64,000 bases of DNA from Sedimentisphaerales bacterium (GTDB taxonomy: Bacteria; Planctomycetota; Phycisphaerae; Sedimentisphaerales; SM23-30), in assembly GCA_028281535.1 (NCBI GenBank), contig JANQJS010000012.1:107185-171184 (forward strand), written 5' to 3'. A model generated the notes under the pieces. The model was not told the origin of the DNA, ran no database searches, and saw only the letters and a program-made list of their open reading frames with translations. A program made the translations under genes and the position numbers. Shown here piece by piece: positions 63,633 to 64,000 of this stretch (its first letter is position 1; every line of letters starts with the position of its first letter).

Positions 63633-63705
63633 GCGGGTGTAGCTCAGCGGCTAGAGCGTCACGTTGCCAACGTGAATGTCGAGGGTTCGAATCCCTTCAC
63701 CCGCT
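63633..63705 (+). tRNA. tRNA-Gly (anticodon GCC)
   Basis: Manual cloverleaf: acceptor GCGGGTG/CACCCGC, anticodon loop TTGCCAA, T arm GAGGG-TTCGAAT-CCCTT, followed by a T run. Confidence 0.9.
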
Positions 63706-63828
63706 TTTTCATCACGCTGTCACATAAAATTTGCCCTTGTTTGATGCAGTATCTTTGTTAACCCTTTTAAATTAGACAGTTGTGAAAGCTTATATGGCTT
63801 GCCAGATTAGAATGGAGCAATAATTATC

Positions 63829-64000
63829 ATGGCAGATAGTGAAAATGACGCAATCTTGACCGAAGAATCAGAAGACAAGCTTAATTGCACCGTTGAATTA
63901 AGTGACAGCGGTCCATGGCAAAAGAAAATATCCATCGTGATCCCTCGCGATGAGATTGATGCCGCAATGAGCGAGCAGTATGGCGATTTGACAAAAACCG
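63829..64000 (+). CDS. tig: Probable trigger factor, N-terminal fragment (runs off the window)
   Basis: My translation MADSENDAILTEESEDKLNCTVELSDSGPWQKKISIVIPRDEIDAAMSEQYGDLTKT fits the trigger-factor N-terminal pattern (v.ve......k..v.vp.e.v). Only 57 aa are visible. Confidence 0.45.
   Translation, partial: MADSENDAILTEESEDKLNCTVELSDSGPWQKKISIVIPRDEIDAAMSEQYGDLTKT

Noticed and set aside
1-64000. Search for CRISPR arrays, rRNA, IS elements, integrases, and classic defence genes (RM, CBASS, retron RT, Cas)
   Set aside because: There are no regularly spaced direct repeats, no rRNA-like sequence, and no ORF with transposase, integrase, RT or nuclease-helicase defence signatures. The window is mainly housekeeping and secreted-protein genes.

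Overview
About 64 kb of a low-GC (roughly 40% by eye, not computed) Gram-negative chromosome. It is probably a PVC-superphylum bacterium; this is an inference from the LpxC-FabZ fusion, several PEP-CTERM anchors, and DUF1080/GH95-type secreted proteins. Layout: (i) 1-2.5 kb holds a partial LRR protein, a PEP-CTERM protein and tRNA-Gln. (ii) 2.6-19 kb is one plus-strand housekeeping block: short glmU-prs-ctc-pth, rpsF-ssb-rpsR-rplI-dnaB, then bamA-skp-lpxD-lpxC/fabZ-two lpxA paralogs-oxidoreductase, pdxJ, dapA. (iii) 19-39 kb is mixed: glycosyltransferase, acs, RCK K+ channel, short SecA paralog, tRNA-Ala, ORFans, ppnP, Smr-less MutS2, PEP-CTERM LRR and LamG proteins, antiporter, tandem USP, and a bacterial eRF1-like protein. 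(iv) A 1.1 kb non-coding gap precedes an arginine succinyltransferase (AST) operon led by an M20 peptidase instead of astE. (v) 46-56 kb holds a multicopper oxidase, a large S1 protease with a DnaJ-type zinc finger, an SDR, an AlkD-like gene, and hemX-like/hemA. (vi) 55-63.4 kb is a minus-strand secreted-protein/glycan block (DapA-family lyase, two unknowns, two DUF1080 lipoproteins, a GH95-like hydrolase), followed by tRNA-Gly and the start of a probable tig. I saw no rRNA, CRISPR array, transposase or integrase. The most unusual signals are non-coding or architectural. Two families of short structured intergenic repeats carry hairpins that differ in sequence between copies, and some overlap stop codons or bracket a gene. 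Three adjacent secreted proteins carry poly-acidic insertions. There is an eRF1/Pelota-like gene lacking GGQ, and several housekeeping proteins are domain-truncated (GlmU, SecA, MutS2). All functional calls rest on my reading of motifs and synteny; no database search was run.
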